Source: an uncultured bacterium
GTDB lineage: Bacteria > UBP14 > UBA6098 > B30-G16
Length of the DNA: 64,000 bases
Assembly: GCA_965552135.1 (NCBI GenBank)
Contig: CBEVQY010000008.1
Span: 3,662 to 67,661, forward strand
Reading direction: 5' to 3'
Both the position numbers and the translations under genes were made by a program. Under the pieces are notes generated by a model, which saw only the letters and a program-made list of their open reading frames with translations, was not told where the DNA came from and did no database searches. Below are positions 9,220-19,364 of the stretch, one piece after another (position 1 is the first letter of the stretch; each line of letters opens with the position of its first letter).

Positions 9220-12200
9220 CTATCGCACGTGCAGCACCTTTTGCACAAGCGTCGCGTTCCTCGTCCGAAGCCTTATCAGGTAGAGTCCGGACGGGAGTCT
9301 TTTCCCGTCGATGGTGAACGTGTGCCATCCGGCGGCAAGCTCCCCTTCGAAGATGGTCAGGACCAGCCTGCCGTCAACGGCGTAGAGGTCGATCTTCGCC
9401 CGCGCTCCGTTTAAAGCCGGAGCTACCCAGACCCCGAAGCTTGCCCTTTCGTTGAATGGGTTTGGTCGCGGGCTTTGGAGCGCCAGTGTGTTTGGCGTGT
9501 TTGCCTTGTTCGTCACGCCGACGGTTGCCCCCACGAAAAGCGGGAGCCCAATGGTATCTTTGTATGCGCCGGCGTTTGCCACAAGCGCCACAGGCACCGT
9601 TATCACGGTGTCGATAGGGCATGTTGGCGAAAGCAAAAAGCTTATGGGCGTTGCCGCGTTCGACCTTGCCGCGCCGGAGGGGATGTTGCCAAAGTTTCCC
9701 GTCGACCCCGTGGGCGTTATAAGCGATGTCGCCACAACCTCACCCGAAGTGAACCACGCCGGCGTCGAACCGCCGTTCTTCAGCCGGAACACCATCGATA
9801 TCTGGTCGCCGGGCTCGAGCGTGCCGTCGCCGTCGCTCGCGGAGTCGTCGTAGTAGAGCGAATCGAGGTAGTAGAGCCACGGCTGCCCCGAAGATGACGG
9901 CGCACGCGTCGTTATCCTAAGCGCCCTGCCAGCCATCAAAGGCGCCGCGTGCTCGTCGTACGTGCCGTTTAGGAAATACTGTAAGCCAACGCTCTCGTCG
10001 GGCGACTCTATCCCAACGCCGTGGTTGTCGGAGGGGTCGTAGTAGTTGTAGTAGAAGTAGATTTCGTTGTCGCCCGTCGGCGTCGGAGCGGCGCTTGAGT
10101 CGTATATTACGACCTGACACGTCACAGAACCGCCGCCGTAGTAGAACTCCATGTTGTCGTACTGTATGATGAACCTTCCGCTGTCGGCGTCGTAGTAAGA
10201 GTAGATGTCGCATCCTGCGCGGTGCGGCGCAAGATCAGCCCACATAAGGGCTATCACGCCCGCAGGACCGCCGGAGTGGGGCATGGGCTGCGGGTTGCCG
10301 CTGCCAGGACCAGACCAGCTCTCGCCGGGCGGTGCAAGAAATCCGTTGCTCGAAACGGCTATCGAATTGTATGCGTTGCCGTAAAACCTGAAGGTGAAGG
10401 GAAGGGATATCGTCGTTATTCCGTCGTCGCTGTCGGTTATGGCGTCTATCGTGCTCCCAACGCCCGTGATGTCGTTCCAGATGTATTCCGGCGCAAGCCC
10501 CGAGGGTGTGTCGGTGTCGTCGTAGATGTAGTAGCCGTAGCTGTCGGGTCCTGTTGGGAGCCCGGTTGCGTCGCCGCCAAGCCTGAGGTGGAGGGTGAGG
10601 GTGTCCTCGAACGAATACATCGGGCAGTCCCCGCAGACGATTAGGTTCATCCACGCCTCCGATGCGGGCATAGCCTCGGGCGATGCCGAGACGGTGAAAT
10701 CCGGCGACGGCGATGCGGTCGAAAGCCTCACAAGATCACCATACTCGCCAAAGCGCTGCACGCCGACGACTATGTCGGTGTCGCAAAGCGTTCCCGTTAC
10801 GTTGAAGGCGTCGGCTTTCGTGTCGTTGGAAAGGACTACCCGCAGGAAGGCTTGCTCGCCGGGGTTTAGCTCTCCGTCGCCGTTGCCGTAGGGAGGTGGG
10901 TCGTAGAGCACGATCGTGTCGATCTGAGCGGCAAACCTGTGGACCGCGGGCTGTGGAGCCACAGCCTCCTCCCAAGGACCATCCGGGTGCCCCGATATGT
11001 GGATCGTGAGGTTCAGGGCGTTTGTTGCCGCGTGGTCGGGGGACACAACGAACACAACCGAATCGCCGTACACGGTGTCGCCGGGGGCGACCGTCGGGAA
11101 GGACGTCGTCGAGTCGATGAAGCTGATTCCAGCGTCGCCCTCGCATCGAACAACACCCCAAAGCCCGCTTGCCGTCTCGCTGCCGAGGTTCGTTATCCGC
11201 GGCAAAAAGACGATCGTCTCGCCGGGGTTTATCAGGCTGTCGCCGTCGCCAACAACGTCGTAAAAGCTTGTCGGAACGCACTCGGGGTAAACGCCGCCGA
11301 TTATGACGGGGAGCGTGTCGATGTAGTGGTATATGTTAGGTCCCGACACGACGAGGACGAGGTAGTTTGGCGATGGGTCGACATCGATGGGGACGACGGC
11401 GCTTCCTGTTGAGTCTGTGATGGCGTACGAGAAGCTGTCGCCCTGATGTATCGCTATCCTTGCCGCCTCCACCGGCTCTCCGCCGGCTGTGACCGTTACC
11501 GCCACGTCGTTGTGTCCCACAGGCAGCGCCGATGGGTGCGACACCGTGGGGAACTGAAGGGGCGCGGTCCAGGCGAGCATCTCCGGGCTCCCCAAAAGGA
11601 CGTTCGCCCAGTACTCCACGCGAGCCGCGTAGGAGGCGCCGAAGTAGTTGTACATCTCGTTCTTGCCGAAGGTCTGCGCCGCAGAGATGGGGTTTAGTTT
11701 TTCGACGAAAAAACCGACGAATATGTTCATCGACATATACGAGCGCTCCTGGCTGTATGAGCTCACGTTCCCCTGCCCGATGAATGCCGCAGAGCCTTTG
11801 GGATTTTCGACTGTGCCGCAGCGGGTGGAGCGCTCGCCCATCCAGAAGTCCCCGGCGAAGAACTCGCCCGTGCTGCAGGTGATGGATACGTTGATGGGCG
11901 CCTTCCTTCCCGTCGGGAGGGTGTCCAGCCCGCCGCTGAAGCCGTAGTAGTAATCCGGGTAGGCTTGCCCGCGGTACTGGACGAAGTTGCAGCCCTCCTC
12001 GATGTAGGGCTTTACGTCGTAGTAGTCGTGTCCGAGGCATCGGCGGAACATGTGAGTTGTAAATCCTGCGTTTTCGCAAAGTGACATCCCCGAGTCGACG
12101 GCGGCAAGGTAAGACGAGTCTCCGGGTCCGAGCGGGTCGGTGCAGTCGTCCTCGTTGACGATCCCAACAGCCCTCGCCCACCAGCTGTCGGTGGTGTCGG

Positions 12201-13221
12201 GGTCCTTCTCGTAGTTCAGGTGCTTCTGCACTATGACCTGAAGCTGTGGTCCTGTGTCCGCCGACATCCTGCCCGGCAGGACATCGGGGAAGATGTCGGT
12301 CCCGTCGACTCTGCCGTAGCCGTTGTCGCTTCTGCCGTAGGCGGGTATCGGTTCGCCGTCGTCGCCGTCGGCAACGAAGAGGACGTATGCGGGCGGAAGA
12401 GCCCACGTGTGGTAGGCGTTGTATATGTACGCGTGGATCGAGGCGGTGTCCGTTCCGGTCTCGCTTGTGGTGACGACCCGCGTGGGCATCCCCTGCAAAA
12501 GCTTCCAGTCGATCCAGGGCTGGAGCTCGTCGGTGAAGCTGTCGTAGACTATCACGAGGAGCTCGGCGCCGTCTTCAGGGTTCCACTCGAGGGCGCGGCG
12601 GGGATGCTCGGGAACGGCGGCGTCGGGATTGACCAAAAGCGCGCGATAGAGCTTTTCGAAGGTCGGGTGGTATAGCCTTTCCTCGCAAGCCGTCCCTCCG
12701 CCGCCGCGGTGCTCAACGACGACCCTCGCGCTTTCGGCAAAGCGAACGCCCCTTTGAGGATCGTACTGGACCGGAATGAGGTCGACGCCCACAACGCGAA
12801 CGCCGCGCCAGATCGCATCGTATATGATCTTCGCCTCCCCGCCGAAGCTTTCGGCGTAGAGCCGGAAGTCGACGCGTCCGGGCTTTCTGTGGTTGAGCGT
12901 CAGGGAGCAGAGGGGCGCGGGCGTGATATCGATCCATTCGGACCAGCTGATCTCTGCGCGTACCGAGACCTCAGCGCCCCTGGGAACCGCAACGGGGAAG
13001 GTCCTCCCCCGCAGCATAGGTCCACCCTCCTCGCCGCGGGGACCATATCCGGAAAGCTCGATGAGGCTTAAACCATCTTCGATCTCGACGAACCTCGGCT
13101 TTTCGAGAATGGGCACAAACACCGTGCTGTCCCCGTCGTCCCAAACGAGCTGCACAGGCGCCCTACCCCACGAAAAAGCAAAGCCTAAAAGCAAAAGGAT
13201 GCAAATCGACCGCCTGAACAT
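9220..13221 (-). CDS. Gingipain (C25)-like secreted protein with Ig-like repeats and T9SS CTD
   Basis: Start MFRRSICILLL (signal peptide); YVLFVAD, PGRMSA, SITCSTG, LLGSP; three GDG..(N/E)PG motifs; PNPFN..LPSGLY CTD. Confidence 0.88.
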   Translation of the reverse strand: MFRRSICILLLLGFAFSWGRAPVQLVWDDGDSTVFVPILEKPRFVEIEDGLSLIELSGYGPRGEEGGPMLRGRTFPVAVPRGAEVSVRAEISWSEWIDITPAPLCSLTLNHRKPGRVDFRLYAESFGGEAKIIYDAIWRGVRVVGVDLIPVQYDPQRGVRFAESARVVVEHRGGGGTACEERLYHPTFEKLYRALLVNPDAAVPEHPRRALEWNPEDGAELLVIVYDSFTDELQPWIDWKLLQGMPTRVVTTSETGTDTASIHAYIYNAYHTWALPPAYVLFVADGDDGEPIPAYGRSDNGYGRVDGTDIFPDVLPGRMSADTGPQLQVIVQKHLNYEKDPDTTDSWWARAVGIVNEDDCTDPLGPGDSSYLAAVDSGMSLCENAGFTTHMFRRCLGHDYYDVKPYIEEGCNFVQYRGQAYPDYYYGFSGGLDTLPTGRKAPINVSITCSTGEFFAGDFWMGERSTRCGTVENPKGSAAFIGQGNVSSYSQERSYMSMNIFVGFFVEKLNPISAAQTFGKNEMYNYFGASYAARVEYWANVLLGSPEMLAWTAPLQFPTVSHPSALPVGHNDVAVTVTAGGEPVEAARIAIHQGDSFSYAITDSTGSAVVPIDVDPSPNYLVLVVSGPNIYHYIDTLPVIIGGVYPECVPTSFYDVVGDGDSLINPGETIVFLPRITNLGSETASGLWGVVRCEGDAGISFIDSTTSFPTVAPGDTVYGDSVVFVVSPDHAATNALNLTIHISGHPDGPWEEAVAPQPAVHRFAAQIDTIVLYDPPPYGNGDGELNPGEQAFLRVVLSNDTKADAFNVTGTLCDTDIVVGVQRFGEYGDLVRLSTASPSPDFTVSASPEAMPASEAWMNLIVCGDCPMYSFEDTLTLHLRLGGDATGLPTGPDSYGYYIYDDTDTPSGLAPEYIWNDITGVGSTIDAITDSDDGITTISLPFTFRFYGNAYNSIAVSSNGFLAPPGESWSGPGSGNPQPMPHSGGPAGVIALMWADLAPHRAGCDIYSYYDADSGRFIIQYDNMEFYYGGGSVTCQVVIYDSSAAPTPTGDNEIYFYYNYYDPSDNHGVGIESPDESVGLQYFLNGTYDEHAAPLMAGRALRITTRAPSSSGQPWLYYLDSLYYDDSASDGDGTLEPGDQISMVFRLKNGGSTPAWFTSGEVVATSLITPTGSTGNFGNIPSGAARSNAATPISFLLSPTCPIDTVITVPVALVANAGAYKDTIGLPLFVGATVGVTNKANTPNTLALQSPRPNPFNERASFGVWVAPALNGARAKIDLYAVDGRLVLTIFEGELAAGWHTFTIDGKRLPSGLYLIRLRTRNATLVQKVLHVR

Positions 13222-13238
13222 TCCTTCACCTCCAAAAA

Positions 13239-16200
13239 CTACTTTATCATAAGCGCCTTTTTCGTGACGCGGCTTTCGCCGACCCGGGCGGTGACGAGGT
13301 AGATCCCGCTTGGTAGCCCCTCCCCATCGACTGTGAGCGTGTGCCTTCCCGCGGGCAGCACGCCCGAAAACACCCTCCGCACAAGCTTGCCGTCTATAGA
13401 GCGGAGGACAAGGCTTGCGGGGCTTTGCCGCGGAACGAAAACCTCGACGACGGCAGCGAAGTTGAACGGATTCGGAAGCACCGCAAGCCAAAGCTCACCT
13501 TTTGGCTTGCCCTCGCGCACCGATACAACCTCGCCAAGCTCGATGGGGAAGGCGGTGGTGTCGATATATCCGTCTGCGGCGCTTATGACGAGGGGAACCA
13601 TAAGCGTTGTGTCGTCCGGGCACGAGGGCGATATGATGAGCTCAAACGGCGCGCCGGCGTTGCATCCCGTTCCGCCTGTGGGTATATCGCCGAAGCTTGC
13701 GGGTTCATCTGTGGCGGGCTCGACAACAGACGTGGGCAGCACAACCGCCGACGTCGCCAGGGCATCGGCGTTGCCGTCGTTGCGGAGAAGGATCGAGACG
13801 GTTATCCTTTCGCCGGGGTCGGCTGCGCCGTCGCCGTCACCGCTGTCGGAGAGGGCAAAAACGCCCCCAAAGTGAAGCCAGGGCTTTCGACCGTAGGTGG
13901 GAACCCTCGTCGTGATCCTCAGCGCGCGACCGCAGACCAAGGGCGCAGCATGGGCGTCGTAAGAGCCGTTGAGACAGTACCGAAGACCGCACGTCTCGTC
14001 CTCGGATTCGATCCCAACGCCAAACTGCACAACATCGATGTAGTTTATCTTCTTGTAGAGAATGAGGATCTCGTTGTCGCCTGTGGGTGTTGGATATCTT
14101 TCGGCATCACAAATTCTTATCTGGAACGTTTGGAACCGGCTTGGGAAGGGGTAGAGCGAGACCGAATCGTACTGGACGACGAACTGTCCATTTTCCTCGT
14201 CGAAGAAGGAGTAGACGTCTGCGCCTTCGCGGTGTGGTGCGAGGTCACACCACAGCGCGGCTATGACGCCCGCAGGTCCGCCGGGGTAGGGGAAGTCCTG
14301 CGGGGTGCCAGTCCCCGGACCCGACCAGTCGCTTACGCCGGGGATCAGGATGCCGTTGCTCGATATAGAGATCGTGTCGTACTCGCGCCCGTAGAACCTG
14401 AGCGTGAAGGGCAGTGCAACGGCGGCTATGCCGTCGTCGCTGTCGGTGACGCCGTCGACGGGCTCGCCAACCTCGCGTATGTCATCCCACTCGTAGACGG
14501 GAACGCCTTCGTCGAGGATGTCGCCGTCGTCGATTATGTAGTAGCCGTAGTCGTCGGGTCCTGTGGGCAGGTTCTCCGGGCTCCCCGCCACCCGGAGCTC
14601 CAGGTCAAGCGTGTCGGTTTGTGTGTAGGTTGAGCAGTGGGCGGTGAGTGCAAGCTTAAGGGGGATTTCCGCCCCCGGCGGCGCCACTGTCGAGAGGGCG
14701 ACGAACGCAGCGCCCGAGGGCTCAGCGCCTGTGCCACGAAGGATCTGGTTGTAGACAAGCTCCGGCCGAAGCACGCACAGCGCTTCGCTGCCCAAAAGCC
14801 TTCCTTGCGCGCTGTACGCGTCGGCGTTGGTGGTGCACGCGATCCAGACGGCAAGCCCGAAGCACTCGCCCACCTCGGCTGTGCCGTCGCCGTCGCCGAA
14901 GGGGGGTGAGTCGAGCACGATGACGGTATCGACCGTGGGCGCAAACCGAACGACCTCAGGCTGAAGCGGGAAGCGCAGGTCGTAGGTGCCAAGGCTCCCG
15001 CTGTGGACACAAGCCCGCAGCGGTATGCCCGAGCTTGCCGGATGATCGCAGGAGATGGCTACAACAACGCTGTCGCAGTTCACCGTGTCGCCCGGCGCAA
15101 GGCGGGGGCAAACGCTTACGGAGTCGACGAGTGTTATGTCCGCATCGTCGCTTTGGACGACGATGTAGACTTCGGAGGAGTCGGCGGTTTCATCGCCCCA
15201 GTTTGCGACCTGCGGCGTTATCGACAGGACCTCGCCAGGGTTTACGATGCCATCGCCGTTGCCGCAGACCTCGACAAGCGTTGCCCCGACCACAGCGGCA
15301 GCAACGCCGCCCGACACAACGGTTAGCGTCTCGACGACGGGGTAGATGTTCGGTCCCGTGACGACCATCACAACCGGCGACGGAGGCAGGGGTGGAAGCT
15401 CAAGCTCCGCCTCCGCCGTGCCCGCGCTGTCGGTGAAGAAGTAGGCGAACAGTGAATCTGCGTGAAAGGCTACCCGTGCGCCCTCGACGGGAGAACCTTC
15501 GGCGAATACGGCGACGTCGAATATCGGATGTCCCACGGGTATCACTGCCGGCGCGACGACCGTCGGGAGGGCTATGGGCGCCGTCCACGCCGAAAGCTCG
15601 GGGCTGCCCAAAAGAGCAGCACAGCGATACTCCACAAGAGAAGCCCACGTCTCGCCAAACTCGTTGTACATCGCTATCATGCCGTAAAGGTGCGCGGCGG
15701 AGATCTGGTTTAATTTCTCCTCGAAGAAGCCGACGAAGATATTTTTCGAAAGCGACGATCGCTCAAGCGAGTTTGTGCTTATCCCCGCCTGTCCCATGAA
15801 CGCCACGGCGCCGCAGGTGGAGTCGGGGCTGCCGCAGCGAACCGCATCCTCGCAGGGATAACCGTCGTACTGAAAGCTCCCCATAGCACAGGTTATCGAG
15901 ACTATGATGGGAAGCCTCCTGTGCGGTGGGCAGAGGAAGAGCATGCCCTCAAAGGGCGACCACCAATCGTGAACGGCTTGCCCCCTGTATGTCACGAAGT
16001 TGCATCCCGCGCTTATGTACGGCCTGACGGTGGAGGAGTTGTCGCCGGAGCATTTGGTGAACATCCTTGCGAGCGAGAAGCCAGCCTCTGCGCATGCATC
16101 GATGGCGTAGCCCACCGCGGCAAGGTACGACGAGTCGGTGGGACCGCCGTCGTACGGACAGTCCTCCTCCCTGACTATCCCTATTGCACGGGCGTACCAG

Positions 16201-17219
16201 TCGTCGGTGGTGTCGGGACGAGCCTCGTAGTTCAGGTGCTTCTCCACGATGGTCTCAAGCTCAACGGCGTTGTCGGCGGAGAGCCTGCCGGGAAGGATCT
16301 CGGGAAATATGTCGGACCCCTCGAGGGTGCAGTATCCCACATCGAGCAGTCCGTCGTCGTATGGGTCGTATGTTGGCACCTCCTCGGCGTCGCCGACGAA
16401 AAGAACATACGCGGGCGGAAGCTCCCAACCCTCGTACGCCGAGCGGATAAAGCTTTTTATCGCGCTTCGGCTTGAGCCTATGGTATCGGTCGTGGCGACT
16501 ACTGTGGGCATCCCCATAAAAAGCTTCCACTCCACCCAGGGCTCGATCTGCGGGAGGAAGTGAGAGGGAGCTACGACCAGGAGCTCCGCGCCCTGAGAGG
16601 GGTTCCAGTTGGCAAGATGTGCCCGCTTTGGCGCACAGACCGCGCCGGGGTTTATGACAAGCGCCTTTATGAGCTTCGCCCAAACGGGATGGTAAAGCCT
16701 TTCGTCGTATTCGAGGACGCCATTTGGGTGTCTTAGGGTTATTCGCATCCTTTTTGCGAATCTCACGCCGCGGCTGGGGTCGTATTGGGCTGGGACGACG
16801 TCCACTCCAACGATGCGCGTTCCGCGCACAAGGGCGTCGTAGGCGATCCTTGCGTTCCCGCCGCGGGGAAGCCGATACTCGCCCCAGCGGGGCTCGCCAC
16901 CCACGGGAGACGGGGTCACGTTCCGCCACGCCGACCATTCCTCGACCGTCCAGGCGAGCTCCACAGTGCACTCCTTGGGCGTGGCGACACACAGTATGCG
17001 TCCGGCAAGCTTTGGCTGGCCGTGCTCGCCCCGCGGTCCGCAGCCGTCAACCCAAACGTCCCAAAAGCCGCCGCCTGCATCCACAACGCCGAAGGAGGTG
17101 AACTCGACCGTAAAAGAGGTCACGTCGGCGTCGTCGCGAAGCACGCAGACGCCAGGCATACCCCATACAAGGGCGAAAGCCGAAAGCGCGAAGAAGACTG
17201 TCGCCCTGCCCAAAGACAT
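13239..17219 (-). CDS. Gingipain (C25)-like secreted protein, tandem paralog of 9220-13221
   Basis: Collinear with neighbour (GAELLV, WVEWKL, PDTTD.W.ARA.GIV.E, PTGPD.YGYY, PTPTGDNEI); CTD. Confidence 0.88.
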   Translation of the reverse strand: MSLGRATVFFALSAFALVWGMPGVCVLRDDADVTSFTVEFTSFGVVDAGGGFWDVWVDGCGPRGEHGQPKLAGRILCVATPKECTVELAWTVEEWSAWRNVTPSPVGGEPRWGEYRLPRGGNARIAYDALVRGTRIVGVDVVPAQYDPSRGVRFAKRMRITLRHPNGVLEYDERLYHPVWAKLIKALVINPGAVCAPKRAHLANWNPSQGAELLVVAPSHFLPQIEPWVEWKLFMGMPTVVATTDTIGSSRSAIKSFIRSAYEGWELPPAYVLFVGDAEEVPTYDPYDDGLLDVGYCTLEGSDIFPEILPGRLSADNAVELETIVEKHLNYEARPDTTDDWYARAIGIVREEDCPYDGGPTDSSYLAAVGYAIDACAEAGFSLARMFTKCSGDNSSTVRPYISAGCNFVTYRGQAVHDWWSPFEGMLFLCPPHRRLPIIVSITCAMGSFQYDGYPCEDAVRCGSPDSTCGAVAFMGQAGISTNSLERSSLSKNIFVGFFEEKLNQISAAHLYGMIAMYNEFGETWASLVEYRCAALLGSPELSAWTAPIALPTVVAPAVIPVGHPIFDVAVFAEGSPVEGARVAFHADSLFAYFFTDSAGTAEAELELPPLPPSPVVMVVTGPNIYPVVETLTVVSGGVAAAVVGATLVEVCGNGDGIVNPGEVLSITPQVANWGDETADSSEVYIVVQSDDADITLVDSVSVCPRLAPGDTVNCDSVVVAISCDHPASSGIPLRACVHSGSLGTYDLRFPLQPEVVRFAPTVDTVIVLDSPPFGDGDGTAEVGECFGLAVWIACTTNADAYSAQGRLLGSEALCVLRPELVYNQILRGTGAEPSGAAFVALSTVAPPGAEIPLKLALTAHCSTYTQTDTLDLELRVAGSPENLPTGPDDYGYYIIDDGDILDEGVPVYEWDDIREVGEPVDGVTDSDDGIAAVALPFTLRFYGREYDTISISSNGILIPGVSDWSGPGTGTPQDFPYPGGPAGVIAALWCDLAPHREGADVYSFFDEENGQFVVQYDSVSLYPFPSRFQTFQIRICDAERYPTPTGDNEILILYKKINYIDVVQFGVGIESEDETCGLRYCLNGSYDAHAAPLVCGRALRITTRVPTYGRKPWLHFGGVFALSDSGDGDGAADPGERITVSILLRNDGNADALATSAVVLPTSVVEPATDEPASFGDIPTGGTGCNAGAPFELIISPSCPDDTTLMVPLVISAADGYIDTTAFPIELGEVVSVREGKPKGELWLAVLPNPFNFAAVVEVFVPRQSPASLVLRSIDGKLVRRVFSGVLPAGRHTLTVDGEGLPSGIYLVTARVGESRVTKKALMIK

Positions 17220-17235
17220 CAGGCGGCTCCCCTCG

Positions 17236-18300
17236 TCACATAAGGAGCTCCACGACGACGTAGTTGAGCGCTACGAGGGCGTCTTTTTCGTTGTCGAGGC
17301 ACACCGCAGCGCCGCCGCTGCACGAAACCTCGGCGGAGACGCCAAACCAAAGAACATAGTCCGTAAGCCCCTGAAGGCTTGCGTGCACGGTGATCTCGTA
17401 GTCGGTGTTGAAGCAGTATGCCGCCTCGCCTTCGGTTGCATCCACCGTTTGGGAGGTCAGGTGGATGATAAGCGGCGCGCCGCCGTCGGGAACGAGGGCG
17501 ATGTAGGTGATAAGCCTCACGTAGTCGTACGGTGATGCGTCCCAGAGGTGTGCGGCGCCCTTCAGGCTGAATCCCGCCGTGATGTTGGCGGGCGTCACTT
17601 TATCACCCGTAACCCTGAGCAGTTTGCCCACCTCGCACCAGCTGTGGACGTACTTCTCTCCGCCTTCGCACAGGGTGTCGGCGTAGGCGAAGAGCTGGAG
17701 TTTGTCGAATGATGCTGGATACGCCGCCGCAAGGCATCCGCCCGTTGCAACAACGCCCGACCTGAACGCCTCGAACTCATCGCCCCAGATGGTGTCGGGC
17801 ACGCCGGGGTAGAGGATCACAGGCGACGCGAATGTGTCGGGCTCTGCGGGGGAGACGTCCACCACGATGCCGTCGCGCTTCACGTAGCCGTTGGCATCCT
17901 CAACCTGAACGGCGATGGCGAAGCTGCCGCGGCTGTCGAAGGAGGCGCTCACACAAGAGCCCGAGTCGTCGGCACAAAAGAGGGACGGTCTTTCGCCTGT
18001 GGGGGTGAAGCTTCCCTCGGGCGTTCCCACGGGCGGGATGAAGTAGTCCTCGCCGGGATGCGTCTGCGGCGTGAGGTCCCACAGGTAGCCCGTGATCTGC
18101 GTGTCGGAAACCGCCTCGCACACAAAATCCCCTGCCTGACCAACCTCAAGCTCGTACGGTCCCGAGACAAGCTCTATGTAGGGTGGATCGATGCCCGGGT
18201 CGTTTACACGGGGACACTCCGGGCACTCCGGACACTCCTTGCTGCATCCCCAAAAGCCTGCCGCAAGGGCAAGAAGGACCAAAAACGCTGCCGACCTCAT
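17236..18300 (-). CDS. Hypothetical lipoprotein with PKD/Ig-like domain
   Basis: AGGAG RBS; MRSAAFLVLLALAAGFWG-C lipobox followed by ECPECPECP; YLWD...F...GSF.I.V.V.D PKD-like pattern. Confidence 0.65.
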   Translation of the reverse strand: MRSAAFLVLLALAAGFWGCSKECPECPECPRVNDPGIDPPYIELVSGPYELEVGQAGDFVCEAVSDTQITGYLWDLTPQTHPGEDYFIPPVGTPEGSFTPTGERPSLFCADDSGSCVSASFDSRGSFAIAVQVEDANGYVKRDGIVVDVSPAEPDTFASPVILYPGVPDTIWGDEFEAFRSGVVATGGCLAAAYPASFDKLQLFAYADTLCEGGEKYVHSWCEVGKLLRVTGDKVTPANITAGFSLKGAAHLWDASPYDYVRLITYIALVPDGGAPLIIHLTSQTVDATEGEAAYCFNTDYEITVHASLQGLTDYVLWFGVSAEVSCSGGAAVCLDNEKDALVALNYVVVELLM

Positions 18301-18334
18301 AACCGCTCCTTTCGGGTTTAAGTTGCCAATTTGA

Positions 18335-18363
18335 ATAATACTTAAAACTTTGGCTGACATCAA
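18335..18363 (-). promoter_or_regulatory. Putative sigma70 promoter for lipoprotein-C25-C25 operon
   Basis: TTGATG-17 nt-TATTAT. Confidence 0.5.
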
Positions 18364-18401
18364 CCTTAAAAAGGCGACGCAAGCGCTGCTCTGAAACTCT
18401 G

Positions 18402-18483
18402 TGCGGGAGGTGGGACTCGAACCCACACCCCAAAAGGGACTGGATCCTAAGTCCAGCGCGTCTGCCAGTTCCGCCACTCCCGC
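18402..18483 (-). tRNA. tRNA-Leu (anticodon TAG), CCA not encoded
   Basis: GCGGGAG/CTCCCGC acceptor stem, D arm TGGCGGAACTGGCAGACGCG, CTGGA-CTTAGGA-TCCAG anticodon arm, long variable arm, GTTCGAGTC T loop. Confidence 0.96.
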
Positions 18484-18491
18484 TTTTTTGT

Positions 18492-18520
18492 AGTATATTC
18501 CAGCCCGGCGCGTCGGTCAA
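18492..18520 (-). promoter_or_regulatory. Sigma70 promoter of tRNA-Leu
   Basis: TTGACC-17 nt-TATACT, 8 nt before tRNA 5' end. Confidence 0.7.
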
Positions 18521-18545
18521 GCCTTTGCTTTGAGGCTTCTTTCGC

Positions 18546-18574
18546 TTGTCAGCGGCGATGGGTTTTGATATCTT
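18546..18574 (+). promoter_or_regulatory. Putative sigma70 promoter of otsB-mscS-otsA
   Basis: TTGTCA-17 nt-TATCTT, 7 nt before ATG 18582. Confidence 0.55.
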
Positions 18575-18581
18575 TATCCTG

Positions 18582-19364
18582 ATGCGTGATGGGATTTTGG
18601 ATCGGTTTTTTTCGCGGCTTGGCGCCTTCGGCAGGGGCGTTTTGATGCTCGACTACGACGGCACACTTGCGCCGTTTCGCGCGAGGCGGGATGAGGCGTT
18701 GCCGTATCCGGGCGTGCGGGAGGCTGTTGACCGCATAAGCGCCCAGGGCAGAACGCGGGTTGTCGTTGTAAGCGGCAGGCGCGCGAAGGAGGTGGCGGGG
18801 CTTTTGGCGCTTGAGCATGCGGTGGAGGTCTGGGGTTCGCACGGATTCGAGCGCATGACCCCCGCGGGAGCGGTCGAGGGCGTGGGCATAAGCGAGGATT
18901 TGGCATTTGTGCTTGCGGCTGCAGCGCGAGATGCCCGAAAAGCCGGCTTCGACGAAAGCGTTGAGGAGAAGTTCGGCTGCGTCGCCCTGCACTGGAGGGG
19001 TCTCCCCGACGAGGCGAAGAGGCGAATCGAGCGGTGGGCGCTGAGGCATTGGGGTAAGTTGGCGAGCTTTGGGGACCTCGTTCTGCGCAGGTTCGACGGG
19101 GGGATAGAGCTTTTGGCGCGGGGGCGGAACAAGGGGTGCGTCGTCGAGGAGATTTTGCAGCGGTCGGGCGCAGGCGTTCCCGCGGCGTACCTCGGCGACG
19201 ACTCCACCGACGAAGATGCCTTCGCCGCAATAAAGGGAAAGGGGCTTGCCGTCCTGGTGAGAAGCGAGTTCCGCGAAACGAAGGCAGACATCTGGATTAA
19301 GCCCCCCAAAGAGCTTATCGATTTCCTTTGGCGCTGGTTCGTCTCGCTGGAGGTTGAGGGATGA
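18582..19364 (+). CDS. otsB: Trehalose-6-phosphate phosphatase
   Basis: HAD LDYDGTLAP, VSGR, GSHG.E, LHWR, NKG, GDD.TDEDAF. Confidence 0.93.
   Translation: MRDGILDRFFSRLGAFGRGVLMLDYDGTLAPFRARRDEALPYPGVREAVDRISAQGRTRVVVVSGRRAKEVAGLLALEHAVEVWGSHGFERMTPAGAVEGVGISEDLAFVLAAAARDARKAGFDESVEEKFGCVALHWRGLPDEAKRRIERWALRHWGKLASFGDLVLRRFDGGIELLARGRNKGCVVEEILQRSGAGVPAAYLGDDSTDEDAFAAIKGKGLAVLVRSEFRETKADIWIKPPKELIDFLWRWFVSLEVEG

Noticed and set aside
13222-13491. 5' extension of ORF 9220-13491
   Set aside because: Overlaps the upstream paralog; signal peptide begins at 13221
18301-18477. 5' extension of ORF 17236-18477
   Set aside because: Runs through the tRNA; RBS and lipoprotein signal place the start at 18300
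18402-18483. tRNA-Leu as integration site for the C25 cluster
   Set aside because: No duplicated tRNA 3' end or integrase noticed; C25 genes have host-like composition
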